A stretch of 37,546 nt of DNA, taken from a virus. Its lineage: Duplodnaviria > Heunggongvirae > Uroviricota > Caudoviricetes. The DNA is taken from the IMG/VR virus record IMGVR_UViG_2565956620_000003; one strand, 5' to 3'. Each line of letters starts with the position of its first letter. Within the stretch, counting starts at the first letter, position 1. The position numbers and the translations under genes are program-made. The notes beneath the pieces were generated by a model. The model had not been told where the DNA came from. It did no database searches and saw only the letters and a program-made list of their open reading frames with translations. Below, piece by piece: positions 1 through 9,269 of this stretch.

Positions 1-43
<43 letters not shown>

Positions 44-44
44 T

Positions 45-122
<78 letters not shown>

Positions 123-131
123 TTGCAGATA

Positions 132-521
132 TTACTCTTTTTTCTCCGTATCTGCATCGGGTTCATCAGCAAATAGCTTGCCCTGCATCCGATCCAGTTC
201 TTCTTTTCTTACCCGCTTAACCACGCTGTAGACCCACTGAAGCGAAACACCAAATTTGCGGGCCAGTTCGTGGTGGTTGCGTCCGTTAAACTCCCTGAAG
301 ATTTCCCGGTCGCGCTGACTGACCTTCCATACCATGCCCATCGGGAAATAAACGTTTTGCCCGCCCCAGACCTGCATCATTCGGTTCGCGACGGCCTGAC
401 CAATCTGGTCGGCAACTTCGGGCTCAATATCAATAATCTCGCGAACGGTCTCAGAGGTATGCTGTGCCAGTTCCACCAGGAGTTCCGGCCCCTTACTTCG
501 AAACTGATTCAGGTCGCTCAT
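132..521 (-). CDS. mor: Mor/C-family transcriptional activator (middle operon regulator)
   Basis: 129 aa; motif GGQNVYFP followed by a C-terminal HTH-like segment (FNGRNHHELARKFGVS..VY..VKR) typical of the Mu Mor/C family; sits directly after a GemA-like gene as in Mu; 5' end overlaps the upstream gene by 29 bp. Confidence 0.75.
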   Translation of the reverse strand: MSDLNQFRSKGPELLVELAQHTSETVREIIDIEPEVADQIGQAVANRMMQVWGGQNVYFPMGMVWKVSQRDREIFREFNGRNHHELARKFGVSLQWVYSVVKRVRKEELDRMQGKLFADEPDADTEKKE

Positions 522-942
522 GTTTGACTCCCGCAGCTCTGCGCTGCCACTTCTTCAGTTTCTCAATAACACTGCTTGCCTGTTCAGTACTGAGCCAGCG
601 CAGGGCGCTGATGCCCGTTTCCCGCTTGATCCACCTCGCTAATGCATTTTCTGAACGGTCACGAACAATGCCGGCAGCAGCCATTTCAAGCCATAGCGCA
701 CGAATTTTCCTGGACTGCGGATGGTTATCAAGCGGTAAACCGGAGCTGGCTTTTCTGGCTGGTTTAACGCGAAAGCCTTTCTTTTTCATGGATTCCAGCA
801 CGCAGTTTAGTTGTGTGGTATCCATTCCTTTGGTTGAGGCTTTACCGGTCAGCCCCTGTAACATCTGGCGGTAGGTGTCTTCATCCATACCCAGTTCATT
901 ACGGGCAATATGGATAAGCTGTATCAGGCGTTTTTTCTGCAT
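493..942 (-). CDS. gemA: GemA / Mu gp16-like early protein
   Basis: 149 aa; N-terminus MQKKRLIQLIHIARNELGMDEDTYRQML..GKAS resembles the Mu gp16/GemA family; position immediately upstream of mor. Confidence 0.65.
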   Translation of the reverse strand: MQKKRLIQLIHIARNELGMDEDTYRQMLQGLTGKASTKGMDTTQLNCVLESMKKKGFRVKPARKASSGLPLDNHPQSRKIRALWLEMAAAGIVRDRSENALARWIKRETGISALRWLSTEQASSVIEKLKKWQRRAAGVKHERPESVSK

Positions 943-943
943 A

Positions 944-1150
944 TCATCTCCTTTTTTTCAGTCTGTCGGCAACAATGTCGGTTGCAGCTGGCAGGGTGAC
1001 TGGCCAGAACAACATGACGGCGGTCATGTACAGGATGTAATGCGCGGTGTCGTAGTGCCTGCCATAGCCCAGGGAACGATGAAGTCTTGCGCTGCATGAT
1101 CCTGCGTACATATACCAGAAAAGAAAACAGACAATGGTTTCAGTAGTCAT
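944..1150 (-). CDS. Small hydrophobic protein, hypothetical
   Basis: ATG at 1150 follows the stop of the upstream gene by a few bases; predicted product MTTETIVCFLFWYMYAGSC... is hydrophobic. The longer track ORF 944..1306 overlaps the upstream gene and is less likely. Confidence 0.35.
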   Translation of the reverse strand: MTTETIVCFLFWYMYAGSCSARLHRSLGYGRHYDTAHYILYMTAVMLFWPVTLPAATDIVADRLKKRR

Positions 1151-1370
1151 TCTGAATACCTCCCCATTCGATATGAATATTACGGGCAGCAATGACAGGG
1201 TCGTTATTCCACCATGCACCTGACATGTATTTTTCAACCTGTTCGCGTCCGGCAATAACACCAATTGTGATCCCCGGCCTGACGTTCTTAAAAAAGGCGC
1301 GGGCAAAAAGGTATCTGGCAGATATTCGGCAGGCTTTTAATTTCCGGCTTTTACCTGATAGCGTAATCAT
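1140..1370 (-). CDS. Hypothetical early protein (76 aa)
   Basis: ORF in the same orientation as the early operon; start overlaps the upstream stop by 4 bp (1367-1370). Confidence 0.4.
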   Translation of the reverse strand: MITLSGKSRKLKACRISARYLFARAFFKNVRPGITIGVIAGREQVEKYMSGAWWNNDPVIAARNIHIEWGGIQNDY

Positions 1371-2050
1371 CTGGCCTCCAGTTTCTGTTGTTCCTGCCCA
1401 CTGACCGGGCGGTGCAGTCTGACGTTCTGCCCTTCACGAAACCCCGCATAGCGCGAGGCGTCGCCATTGCGGCTTCTTCCCGGTTTACGCGCCCTGGTGG
1501 TTTGCGTCTGCGGGTATTTATGTTCCAGCCACTGCTGCATCAGTTCACGCTCATCATCGGTCAGGGCAAAGGACTGTATTTCACTGATAACGGCCAGCAC
1601 CCAGCCTTCGGCAAACTGGTCTCCACGGCTGGTGCGGGTGGCGGTTTTTATTCTTTTGTTCTGTGCACTGATATACTGCTGACGCGCCTTTTTCAGCTGA
1701 CGGGCCAGCACTTCCCAGGTGTATGCAGCCAGTGCCGCACGTTCCCGGTTGCCGTAGAACCCCACAGACGGATGCGTGCCGGGGTGAATGATGGAGTTAA
1801 CACCAAATACCTCGCGGATGATGTTCATCAGGCCCAGCATGTAGCGCGGTGGACGGAGACTGCCTGTCGGCCAGTAGTGACTGATGGTTTCATCAATATC
1901 ACTCATAGCAATGTCGGAATGTGTGATGCCGTGAACATCCATCAGTTTACGGGCTCGGCGCAGTGCCAGAGCGGCCTCGTGCGGGTTGCCGGATGCGGCC
2001 AGCGCCAGCAACTTTTTCAGTTTCTCAATGTGTTTATTCTGGTCTGTCAT
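1367..2050 (-). CDS. Hypothetical early protein, DUF2786-like N-terminus
   Basis: Start chosen at ATG 2050, which forms an ATGA overlap with the stop of the upstream gene (2047); N-terminal KLLALAASGNPHEAALALRRARKLM resembles a prophage-associated domain of unknown function. Confidence 0.55.
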   Translation of the reverse strand: MTDQNKHIEKLKKLLALAASGNPHEAALALRRARKLMDVHGITHSDIAMSDIDETISHYWPTGSLRPPRYMLGLMNIIREVFGVNSIIHPGTHPSVGFYGNRERAALAAYTWEVLARQLKKARQQYISAQNKRIKTATRTSRGDQFAEGWVLAVISEIQSFALTDDERELMQQWLEHKYPQTQTTRARKPGRSRNGDASRYAGFREGQNVRLHRPVSGQEQQKLEAR

Positions 2051-2262
2051 TGTTCTGTATCTCCGGTATTTTTCTGCCGTTTCCATGCCCGGACAGCGTC
2101 GGACAGCTCTTTCAGGCTGTATGCTGCTTTAAGCTTTTCCCATAACCACTGTGTTGTTATGTGCATCAGCAGGGCAGCCAGGGCTGCCCCCGCACTGAGG
2201 CATGTCGCCAGGCCAGTAAGAATCAGTGTCCATGCGGTGATTTCCCTGAGTATGTCAGCCAT
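2047..2262 (-). CDS. Small membrane protein, hypothetical
   Basis: 71 aa with one clear hydrophobic helix (WTLILTGLATCLSAGAALAALLM). Confidence 0.45.
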   Translation of the reverse strand: MADILREITAWTLILTGLATCLSAGAALAALLMHITTQWLWEKLKAAYSLKELSDAVRAWKRQKNTGDTEQ

Positions 2263-2276
2263 TGAATGCCTCCCGG

Positions 2277-2573
2277 TTACTCGTTCGTGTAAATCACGCC
2301 CAGTCGTGCAGCCAGACGTTCCAGTTTTTTCTGTTTGTGGAAGTCAATCAGCCGGTCCATCCCCTGAAGGCGCAGTTGCTCTGTCATGATTTCCACGTCT
2401 GCCAGCTCTGCCGCGAGGTCACTTTCGCTGCCCTGTCCGTTCAGGTTGCGGGCGGCACTGGCCGCCAGTTCAGCGGCCTCTTCTGCCAGTTTCAGGGCCT
2501 GTGCGTCCGGCCCGAAACGCTGCAGGGCCAGACGGTAGAGGGCGGTGCGGGTGAGTTCGGTGTTTCGTGTCAT
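2277..2573 (-). CDS. MazG-like nucleotide pyrophosphohydrolase domain protein (putative)
   Basis: 98 aa; acidic helix pattern EEAAELAAS ... ELADVEIMTEQL matches the EExxE...E..D metal-binding signature of MazG/HisE-type all-alpha NTP pyrophosphatases. Confidence 0.45.
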   Translation of the reverse strand: MTRNTELTRTALYRLALQRFGPDAQALKLAEEAAELAASAARNLNGQGSESDLAAELADVEIMTEQLRLQGMDRLIDFHKQKKLERLAARLGVIYTNE

Positions 2574-2582
2574 GCCGCGCCC

Positions 2583-2855
2583 TCAGTGCTTCCGGCTGAC
2601 GGTGATGTGCAGGCCGCCTTCTGCAGTGGTTTCCATCCGGTACGGCACCTCATGCTCTGCCGTGTGGGTGAGTGTGTTCATCAGTACCTGCAGGGCAGCC
2701 TCCTTTCCGTTGGTCGCCACAATGGCCTGTGTGGCCATGCTGATTAGCGCCGTCAGGACGTGCTTCACATCGGTGAGGTCGCGGCATTCACACTCGTTGA
2801 CATAGTGTTCAACAAGGGTTCGGGTGCGCTGTCGTGCTTCCTGTGGGGTAATCAT
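2583..2855 (-). CDS. Hypothetical early protein (90 aa)
   Basis: ORF packed in the early operon; its start overlaps the downstream gene (2852..3046) by 4 bp. Confidence 0.45.
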   Translation of the reverse strand: MITPQEARQRTRTLVEHYVNECECRDLTDVKHVLTALISMATQAIVATNGKEAALQVLMNTLTHTAEHEVPYRMETTAEGGLHITVSRKH

Positions 2856-3046
2856 TGCGAGTCCTCCCTGTCAGGGCGGGAGAATTCCATGACGGGCACG
2901 TCTGCCGAAAAATGCTGGCTGCAGTACGGGCAGACCAGGGTGACGCGTACCGCAGGGATGTGGTATTTACCGGACATCACGGCGATGGCGCTGTGAAAAC
3001 GCAGGGCTGTTATATCCCTCTCGCACTGAATACATTTAAATATCAT
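2852..3046 (-). CDS. Small Cys-rich (zinc-ribbon-like) protein, hypothetical
   Basis: 64 aa with CIQCE ... CPYC spacing suggestive of a zinc ribbon. Confidence 0.45.
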   Translation of the reverse strand: MIFKCIQCERDITALRFHSAIAVMSGKYHIPAVRVTLVCPYCSQHFSADVPVMEFSRPDREDSQ

Positions 3047-3143
3047 GATTTAATTCTCCTCTGTTTCCGGCGTGCAGAAGCCCGCGGCGCTGACGTCGGA
3101 ATAAAAAAGAAAATGTTTTTATTAAATAATTAACGTGGTGTGT

Positions 3144-3674
3144 TTACTGCACATCCTGCTCAAAAGGAATTATTGAAAAATCCTCAATGTCGCTTTTAAT
3201 GGAAATACCGGGAATATTTTTCACGGCCTCTTTTTCATTCAGGATAGCGTCTTTATTTATTTCCTCTTTTACACGAATAAAGCGCTCAAGCCCCAGACGT
3301 CTCAGTAATTCAATAACATTATCCGCCCCACGGATACTGACTGATGGCGGACGGTTTCGCCACTGCACCTCGCCGGTGGTGAGGTTAGCGAACTTCACCT
3401 TCCCGTTGCCGGTCAGTTCATCACGGTGTGCCTCACACCATGTCTGAATACCGGACTGCAGTTCGGCCATGCGTTTTTTCAGGCTCTCGGTGAGCGGGGC
3501 ATAACGTGCGGTGATATCGCCAATGGCGTCATTCATTTCTGTTTCAGCCCTGACCAGTTCACGTTGTGCGTCACCGAGTAGTCTGATTCCCTCAATGACC
3601 TCTTCACGTGTCCCCGGCACCCAGAGTGCTGCTGCGGCCTTGATACGTTTTGCACCTTTTGTACTTTTTGCCAT
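3144..3674 (-). CDS. gam: Gam host-nuclease inhibitor (DNA-end-binding, Ku-like)
   Basis: 176 aa; near-collinear similarity to Mu Gam as recalled (AKRIK.AAA..VP, ETEMNDAI, WCEA.RDELT..GKVK.ANL.TG.V.WR.RPPSVSIRG, LGL.RFIR.K.EINK.AIL, SIKSDIEDFSIIPFEQ). Confidence 0.9.
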   Translation of the reverse strand: MAKSTKGAKRIKAAAALWVPGTREEVIEGIRLLGDAQRELVRAETEMNDAIGDITARYAPLTESLKKRMAELQSGIQTWCEAHRDELTGNGKVKFANLTTGEVQWRNRPPSVSIRGADNVIELLRRLGLERFIRVKEEINKDAILNEKEAVKNIPGISIKSDIEDFSIIPFEQDVQ

Positions 3675-3701
3675 TTTTTATGATTTCTCCAGTTGTGCTG
3701 A

Positions 3702-3971
3702 TTACCACAAAGATTCCGGCCACACGACGCGACAGCCGTGCAGTTCGAAAACGCCCTGACGGAAATATCCCCTGTGGTCATGTCCGGTATACAGATAACA
3801 GGCCTTTCCCTGCTCAAGCATGCGCATGCAATGCGCACTCCGGGAAACGCGGATGACAGGTTTGTTACCCCTGATGGTGATGCTTTGTACATCCGTGTTC
3901 GTCGCCTTAAGCGCCATAATGGCTGACTGCACTTTGCTGATTTGCTGGTTGATACCTGTGGTGGATTTCAT
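3702..3971 (-). CDS. Hypothetical early protein (89 aa)
   Basis: Starts 3 bp after the stop of the transposition ATPase gene; same strand as the operon. Confidence 0.45.
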   Translation of the reverse strand: MKSTTGINQQISKVQSAIMALKATNTDVQSITIRGNKPVIRVSRSAHCMRMLEQGKACYLYTGHDHRGYFRQGVFELHGCRVVWPESLW

Positions 3972-3973
3972 TA

Positions 3974-5179
3974 TTAAACCCCTTTGACAACGTCAGCGTT
4001 GACCTGTGGAACCCCGATTTCAGCGGCCAGATTCATGGCGGCTATTACCAGGTTACTGACGGCCAGCGGATACAGCAGGCTGACCATATTTTTACGGTGA
4101 CTTCCCGGATTGCTCAGGCGGGCACGTATGGCATCCACTGCACCGGCGTCCATAATGTCCGTCAGCTGTTTACCGGCCCGTTGCAGTTTGAACGTCAGAA
4201 ATTCTTCAAGGTTATTGTCCAGAGGCAGAAGTTCGACCACCTCACAGCGCTGAACGACTTCACGGACTTCCATATTGCGTTCAGACAGTTTTGTCGCCAG
4301 TTCCGGCTGGCCAATCAGCACGATGGACAGCAGTTTTTTGAAACCGGACTCCAGCTCAAAAAAGCGTTTGAGGTGTTTCAGTGTCGGAATGGGCAGACTG
4401 TGGGCCTCCTCAATCACCAGAACGTGGCTGAACCCCGCCTGGCTGCTGTCTTTCAGGACGCGATGCAACTGGCGAAAACGGGCGTCCTGACTGCGTCTGA
4501 TGCTTTCCAGTGGTGCGATGGTACTGATAATGGCTTCGGCAATAGCTGCTGCCTTCAGGGTTTTCCCTTTCACATCGTTGTCTTCCATAGCGATGATGTA
4601 TGGCTCGATAACAATTACCGGCGCATTCTCGCGGTTGATACGTTCAGTCAGGTCGCGGCGCAGCGTGGATTTACCCGCACCGGACTCACCGATGACGGCC
4701 ATAAACCCACCATGACGGGCTGTCTGGTACAGCGCCTCACGCACGTAGCGAATGTCCGGGGTGGTGAACACATCATCAGAACCCTGCATGGCTTCGTCGG
4801 CGAACGGGTCACGGAAAAGACCAAACGCTTTTTTGGTTGCTGGAAATAACACCTGTTTTTTGAGTAACATATTCTCTTCCTCACTGAGGCTCGTTTTATC
4901 TGTGGTACCCGCTGTACGGGGCGTGGCCGCGCCCTGTACAGCATCAAAACTCTTCGTTGTATCAATCCCCTGACTTTCCAGCCAGGACGCAAGACGCCGG
5001 CGCACTTCTCCGGGGCTGGTGCGGGGCCACGCGTTATGATTCACAATCTGGGCCAGCGTGGCCTCAGAAACATCGACAGCTCTCGCCACCACCGCCTGTG
5101 GAATACGGGCCTCTTTCAGTTGCTGCTTCAGTACCAGCATGTTTCCCTCCTCAGTTGCCGTTAACAATGCTGATAACAC
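3974..5179 (-). CDS. Transposition ATPase (MuB/TniB-like AAA+ protein)
   Basis: 401 aa; Walker A GESGAGKST; N-terminal HTH-like segment; lies immediately downstream of, and overlaps, the transposase gene as for Mu B. Confidence 0.85.
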   Translation of the reverse strand: MLSALLTATEEGNMLVLKQQLKEARIPQAVVARAVDVSEATLAQIVNHNAWPRTSPGEVRRRLASWLESQGIDTTKSFDAVQGAATPRTAGTTDKTSLSEEENMLLKKQVLFPATKKAFGLFRDPFADEAMQGSDDVFTTPDIRYVREALYQTARHGGFMAVIGESGAGKSTLRRDLTERINRENAPVIVIEPYIIAMEDNDVKGKTLKAAAIAEAIISTIAPLESIRRSQDARFRQLHRVLKDSSQAGFSHVLVIEEAHSLPIPTLKHLKRFFELESGFKKLLSIVLIGQPELATKLSERNMEVREVVQRCEVVELLPLDNNLEEFLTFKLQRAGKQLTDIMDAGAVDAIRARLSNPGSHRKNMVSLLYPLAVSNLVIAAMNLAAEIGVPQVNADVVKGV

Positions 5180-6920
5180 TGCTGCGGGCCGGTGTGGTCA
5201 GCGTGGCCATGACTTCATCCAGTGCGGCTTCCGGTACGCCGTCCGGGTACTGTGCCGTTAACTGGCGGTAATGTTCCGGCGTCCAGGTAAGGCCGTCGGC
5301 GCTGAACTTATCGCGCAGGGCTTTCGCGGCCTCCACATGAGTCATGGGACGTTGTTCAGTGCGCGGCCCGCGTACGTCAGAGGCCTGACCACGCTTCGGC
5401 ATATAGGCCGGAAGTGTGGTGTCGTCGATATGTTTATACGGGTCAAGCCGCCCGCCGAACGGCAGCGCCTTCGCCTTGCGTGCGGCGGCTGCATCTGCGG
5501 CGTTGTCTGTACCGGTAACCAGCGCTTCGGTTTCTTTTGCCGCCATCTGTGCCGGGGTTTCCGGCAGGGCTTTGTAACTTTCGCCAAATACCGCCGCGCC
5601 TTCAGCAAAGCCAAACTCGTTCTTTCTGACCTCTTCGACCAGGAAGAACGTCTCGTGGCCGTCCTCACCGGTCAGAACCACCTGTGCCACATCGCTGCGC
5701 CATGGGTTACGGGTAATCATCAGTTTTTCACCAACCAGTACGCCCGGTACCGTTGATACGTCAAATTCAGTGCCCCGGAACGAGACACGAAGTTTTGGCG
5801 TGACTTTGCGGAGTTCTGGTGCCGCCACAGCCAGTTCACGACATACCTCAACGGAAGGCGCTTTTTTCAGCTGCTCAGCAGTAATCTTCAGCCAGATATC
5901 CGTGCGGGTTTTACCGTGGCGGCTGTGAACAGCCGTGGCGTTAAAGTGGCTGCGCCATTTCGCGGCCAGCGCGTTGAGTTCTTCCAGACTGTGAACCGGC
6001 CGGAACTTCAGACCCGGCTCCAGCTTGCGTTCGATAATGTCACGCGCCTTTTCCACCTGTCCGGTGGCGCGGGCGTTATGCGGCTTGTGCGCTATCAGGT
6101 CGATGCCCAGTGAGCGGCACATGTTTTTCGTCATACCCGCGGTGTTTGCCGAGCCGGGGTCGAGATAGAGTATTTTCGGCACGCCGTGCAGCACGTCTGC
6201 GCCGCCACGCTCCTGCATGGCGTTGATAAGCACAGAACACAGGTTCTCACCTGATTCCGCGCCCGTCACATACTCAACGTAAATCCAGCCGCTGGCATGG
6301 TCGGTAATCTCGTAACTCCACACGCGGTCACTGGCGATACGGGCAAGGTTAGCGGGCTTGTTCTTGTAGAACTTCGCGCTGTCCATCACCTGCAGCCCTT
6401 TATGTCCATTGCTCAGGTAGTAAAGCGTGCAGAGTGAGGCGTCAATCTGCCAGACATGATTGGGATGCAGACTGGCCACTTCGGTATGTGGTGCAGGGGC
6501 ATCCAGTTGTTCCGGGTGCAGGCCATAGTTACGCAGAGCACGGCTGATGGCATCTTCAGACAACGGGAAAAACTCACTGGTGGTTTCATCTGTTCTGCCT
6601 GCGGTGATAAAGCCGTTAGCCCGCAGGGTTTCCACTGCATCTGCGATGGAATAGAGACGCTTACCGTTCTTGCGGGTGGCCTCACGCAGTGTGGCAGATA
6701 TCAGCGCGGCTTCGTCGCGGGTCAGGGCGCTGCGCCCGGCATCGGCGCGTTTTTTGCGTTTATCAGTCACAGATACCTCCTTCAGCCTGCGCAGCAGAGT
6801 GGCGCGGGACATGCCAAGTTCAGCACAGGCAGCGTCGTATATTGCACCGCGTTTACCATGCCCCGCGTCACGTGCCGCGCGGGCTGTTTCAACCAGTTTT
6901 TCAGTCAGTGCCGGGGTCAT
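5151..6920 (-). CDS. DDE transposase (rve/integrase-core type, BcepMu TnpA-like, not MuA-like)
   Basis: 589 aa; N-terminal HTH (GMSRATLLRRLKEV); integrase-core-like motifs (HPNHVWQIDASL, ILYLDPGSANT); sits between early regulators and the MuB-like ATPase. Confidence 0.85.
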   Translation of the reverse strand: MTPALTEKLVETARAARDAGHGKRGAIYDAACAELGMSRATLLRRLKEVSVTDKRKKRADAGRSALTRDEAALISATLREATRKNGKRLYSIADAVETLRANGFITAGRTDETTSEFFPLSEDAISRALRNYGLHPEQLDAPAPHTEVASLHPNHVWQIDASLCTLYYLSNGHKGLQVMDSAKFYKNKPANLARIASDRVWSYEITDHASGWIYVEYVTGAESGENLCSVLINAMQERGGADVLHGVPKILYLDPGSANTAGMTKNMCRSLGIDLIAHKPHNARATGQVEKARDIIERKLEPGLKFRPVHSLEELNALAAKWRSHFNATAVHSRHGKTRTDIWLKITAEQLKKAPSVEVCRELAVAAPELRKVTPKLRVSFRGTEFDVSTVPGVLVGEKLMITRNPWRSDVAQVVLTGEDGHETFFLVEEVRKNEFGFAEGAAVFGESYKALPETPAQMAAKETEALVTGTDNAADAAAARKAKALPFGGRLDPYKHIDDTTLPAYMPKRGQASDVRGPRTEQRPMTHVEAAKALRDKFSADGLTWTPEHYRQLTAQYPDGVPEAALDEVMATLTTPARSSVISIVNGN

Positions 6921-6935
6921 AGCTTGTCTTCCCTG

Positions 6936-7253
6936 TTATCCGATTCTGGCGGCAATTTTTCTGGCGAGGTCGCACAGTGTTTCGCCATCGCAGGTTTTCA
7001 CCACGGTATTTACCGGTTGCGGTGCAACTACCGGGCGTAATGCTGACTGATTCTGCAGACGTCTTATCTGCTGCATCAGCATCACCTCCATCGTCAGTAC
7101 AAACGGGTGCGTCTCCTGTGCGGGTACGCAGATTTCACCGGAAGGGGTCACCACGCGGAAACCCTGCACCATCTCCGGCAGCAGATTACACAGTGCGTGC
7201 CCCAGTGCCTCCGGGCTGTCCATCAGGGTATTTTGTGTGTTATTCGTATTCAT
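6936..7253 (-). CDS. Hypothetical early protein (105 aa)
   Basis: ORF in operon; start shares a base with the upstream stop at 7253. Confidence 0.5.
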   Translation of the reverse strand: MNTNNTQNTLMDSPEALGHALCNLLPEMVQGFRVVTPSGEICVPAQETHPFVLTMEVMLMQQIRRLQNQSALRPVVAPQPVNTVVKTCDGETLCDLARKIAARIG

Positions 7254-8173
7254 TACTGCATATCCTCCGGTCGGTTGATTTCAGGTTCCGGTTCGGTCAG
7301 CCAGGCGGGGGCATCGTTACCCGATGGAGCGGCCTCAAGGTCAAACGTCTCACGTAATGCATGAACACTGCGTTCAATCTGGCAGACCAGACCGGCCATG
7401 AAATCTCTGGGGGTATCGATCATGTTTTTGGTGCAGTATTCACACAGGGTCTCAAAAACACTGGACAGCCGGACGGCGATAGCCGATTCGGCCTCAACCG
7501 CTAATGCCGTCACTTCCGCCCGCAATTTTTTCAGTTCTTCGTCTGGCGGCGGAGGTTGCAGGCGCGATTTCTTCTCCAGTTTTGTGGCCAGTTCGTTGAT
7601 TTTTTCGTCCTTTCCGGCAAGCACCTGTTGCTGAGCTGCGTTGGTTTCGCGCGCTTCACGCAGGGCGGCCTTCAGTTCGCGGCTGGTCATGCGATCAATA
7701 TCATCAAGCGTTGCACCGGCGACGGTTCCACCATCAGCTAATGCGTCGAGTTCTTCGTCATCCAGAACCATCAGTTCATATAACTTGGTTTTTCCCAAAA
7801 CGCTCAGCGCTGAGCGTTTTGGCTGTTCATCTCCATTGCCGAGAAATTTCACGCTGGCCTGCATCATGCGACGAGCTACCTGTGGTGCTAATCCGAGGTC
7901 GTTTTCCAGAATATTTGTGAAATCACCATGCGGTTCATTTTCTTTTAAGATGATCAGCCGCTTACCCGCTTCCAACATAGATTCAGCACTCTGCGCCATA
8001 TAAAAACGTGCTTCGTGAACGATGCGTTCACGTTCATAAGGCAGTCCATCACCAAACTGCTGCATGATCTCCATGCGATGCTGTGTCATGGCATTCAGGC
8101 TGACGTTGAGATCATCCGACAGCGGTACATCGGCGTTCAGTTCAGTGTTAATCGGTGATTTGGTACGTCCCAT
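7253..8173 (-). CDS. Hypothetical early protein with coiled-coil C-terminal half
   Basis: 306 aa; the charged C-terminal half looks coiled-coil; a protein of this kind is common in Mu-like early regions (possibly a DUF3102-type protein, family assignment from memory only). Confidence 0.55.
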   Translation of the reverse strand: MGRTKSPINTELNADVPLSDDLNVSLNAMTQHRMEIMQQFGDGLPYERERIVHEARFYMAQSAESMLEAGKRLIILKENEPHGDFTNILENDLGLAPQVARRMMQASVKFLGNGDEQPKRSALSVLGKTKLYELMVLDDEELDALADGGTVAGATLDDIDRMTSRELKAALREARETNAAQQQVLAGKDEKINELATKLEKKSRLQPPPPDEELKKLRAEVTALAVEAESAIAVRLSSVFETLCEYCTKNMIDTPRDFMAGLVCQIERSVHALRETFDLEAAPSGNDAPAWLTEPEPEINRPEDMQ

Positions 8174-8183
8174 TGATTACTCC

Positions 8184-8498
8184 TTACAAACGACTACCTG
8201 AAATGACACGTTGGTTAATTTCGTTAATACGATCCTGTGCACGTGCCATCTCGTTACTGTGGGCCATGGCGATCTGCAGTAACTGGATGCCCGGTGCAAA
8301 ACGTCCGTTCTCCAGTTTCAGAGCCAGCCCTTCTTCAATGAGGGTGTTGAGTGCCCGGTTGATGTTTGCCGGTGACTCGTGCAGTGCTGTCGCCAGTTCA
8401 CCGTTAGAAATACCGTTCAGGGCATGACCGCGCAGCGCTTTGAGTACCCGGAGGATGCGACTGCCGGAGCTTGAAACATTCGTCTTACTCATCTGCAT
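8184..8498 (-). CDS. Winged-helix DNA-binding protein, hypothetical regulator
   Basis: 104 aa; segment ISNGELATALHESPANINRALNTLIEEGL looks like a winged HTH. Confidence 0.5.
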   Translation of the reverse strand: MQMSKTNVSSSGSRILRVLKALRGHALNGISNGELATALHESPANINRALNTLIEEGLALKLENGRFAPGIQLLQIAMAHSNEMARAQDRINEINQRVISGSRL

Positions 8499-8544
8499 AC
8501 CTCTTTTGCGATATGTGATAACCTTTTACAAAGACTCAAAATAT

Positions 8545-8733
8545 TTAGGCCGCCTGAGCTGTTGATTTCAGTCCCAACTTCACGGCGATTTCATGGGATT
8601 TACCGTAACGGGCTTTGGTCTGCCCGTTGAGAACGCGGTATACCTCATTGCGGTTGTAGCCGTTTTCTTCTGCCCAGCGGGTGAAAGTGATCCCGCGCTG
8701 GCGGAAGAGAGCTTTGACTTGTTCTGCAGTCAT
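8545..8733 (-). CDS. Ner-like (Cro-like) early transcriptional regulator
   Basis: 62 aa; spacing pattern V.A....RG.T......E.GY........L.G.....G..IA..LG matches the Mu Ner / Nlp family; first gene of the leftward early operon, divergent from the repressor. Confidence 0.7.
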   Translation of the reverse strand: MTAEQVKALFRQRGITFTRWAEENGYNRNEVYRVLNGQTKARYGKSHEIAVKLGLKSTAQAA

Positions 8734-8826
8734 CGTTGTCTCCTTTGTTGATGCAATGATGTTTGCCTTATATGTGTTAGATTATTGCTCATAATTATGA
8801 GCATATCAAGATAGAGATTCACTTTT
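8734..8826. promoter_or_regulatory. Divergent early/repressor control region with operator-like palindromes
   Basis: Perfect 18-bp palindrome TGCTCATAATTATGAGCA at 8786-8803; the half-site TTATGAGCA recurs at 8825-8833, overlapping the repressor start codon; AT-rich spacer between divergent genes. Confidence 0.6.
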
Positions 8827-9183
8827 ATGAGCAAAGATATAGGAGAGCGCGTTATTTCTGTGAGGAAGAAAGCAGGGTTGAACCAGAGAGAATTTGCAGC
8901 TCGTTTAGGTATTTCTAATGGTGGTATCAGTCAGATTGAAAATGGAAAGGCGATGCCTGGAGGGGAGTTTCTGTTAAAGATGCATCAAGAGTTTAATGTT
9001 GATGTAAATTGGTTGCTCACTGGAATGAGCACAGATGGTATGACTAGAAACCAGAATCAAATTTCCCCAGAAAAACAAAAACTAATAGATACTTTTGACG
9101 ACATGACACCAGACCAACAACGCTCATTTCTTGAGATTGGGCGATTCTATACTCAGCCAAAACCAGGAAAAATCGCAGGCTGA
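8827..9183 (+). CDS. XRE-family HTH repressor (prophage maintenance repressor candidate)
   Basis: 118 aa; classic Cro/C1-type HTH (LNQREFAARLGISNGGISQIENGK); divergent from the Ner-like gene. Confidence 0.8.
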   Translation: MSKDIGERVISVRKKAGLNQREFAARLGISNGGISQIENGKAMPGGEFLLKMHQEFNVDVNWLLTGMSTDGMTRNQNQISPEKQKLIDTFDDMTPDQQRSFLEIGRFYTQPKPGKIAG

Positions 9184-9269
9184 TACTGACCCGGACACAA
9201 AGGACAGGTGGTTGATCTGGATGCTTTCAGAAAACATCGCCAGTGACATAGTGGAAGTTGTTTGGTTTA

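Noticed and set aside
1388-2389. 333-aa plus-strand ORF across the early region
   Set aside because: Antisense to a run of well-supported, translationally coupled minus-strand genes; no recognisable motifs; long spurious ORFs are expected in GC-rich coding DNA.
4097-4849. 250-aa plus-strand ORF
   Set aside because: Lies entirely antisense within the MuB-like ATPase gene, whose product has a clear Walker A motif; no support of its own.
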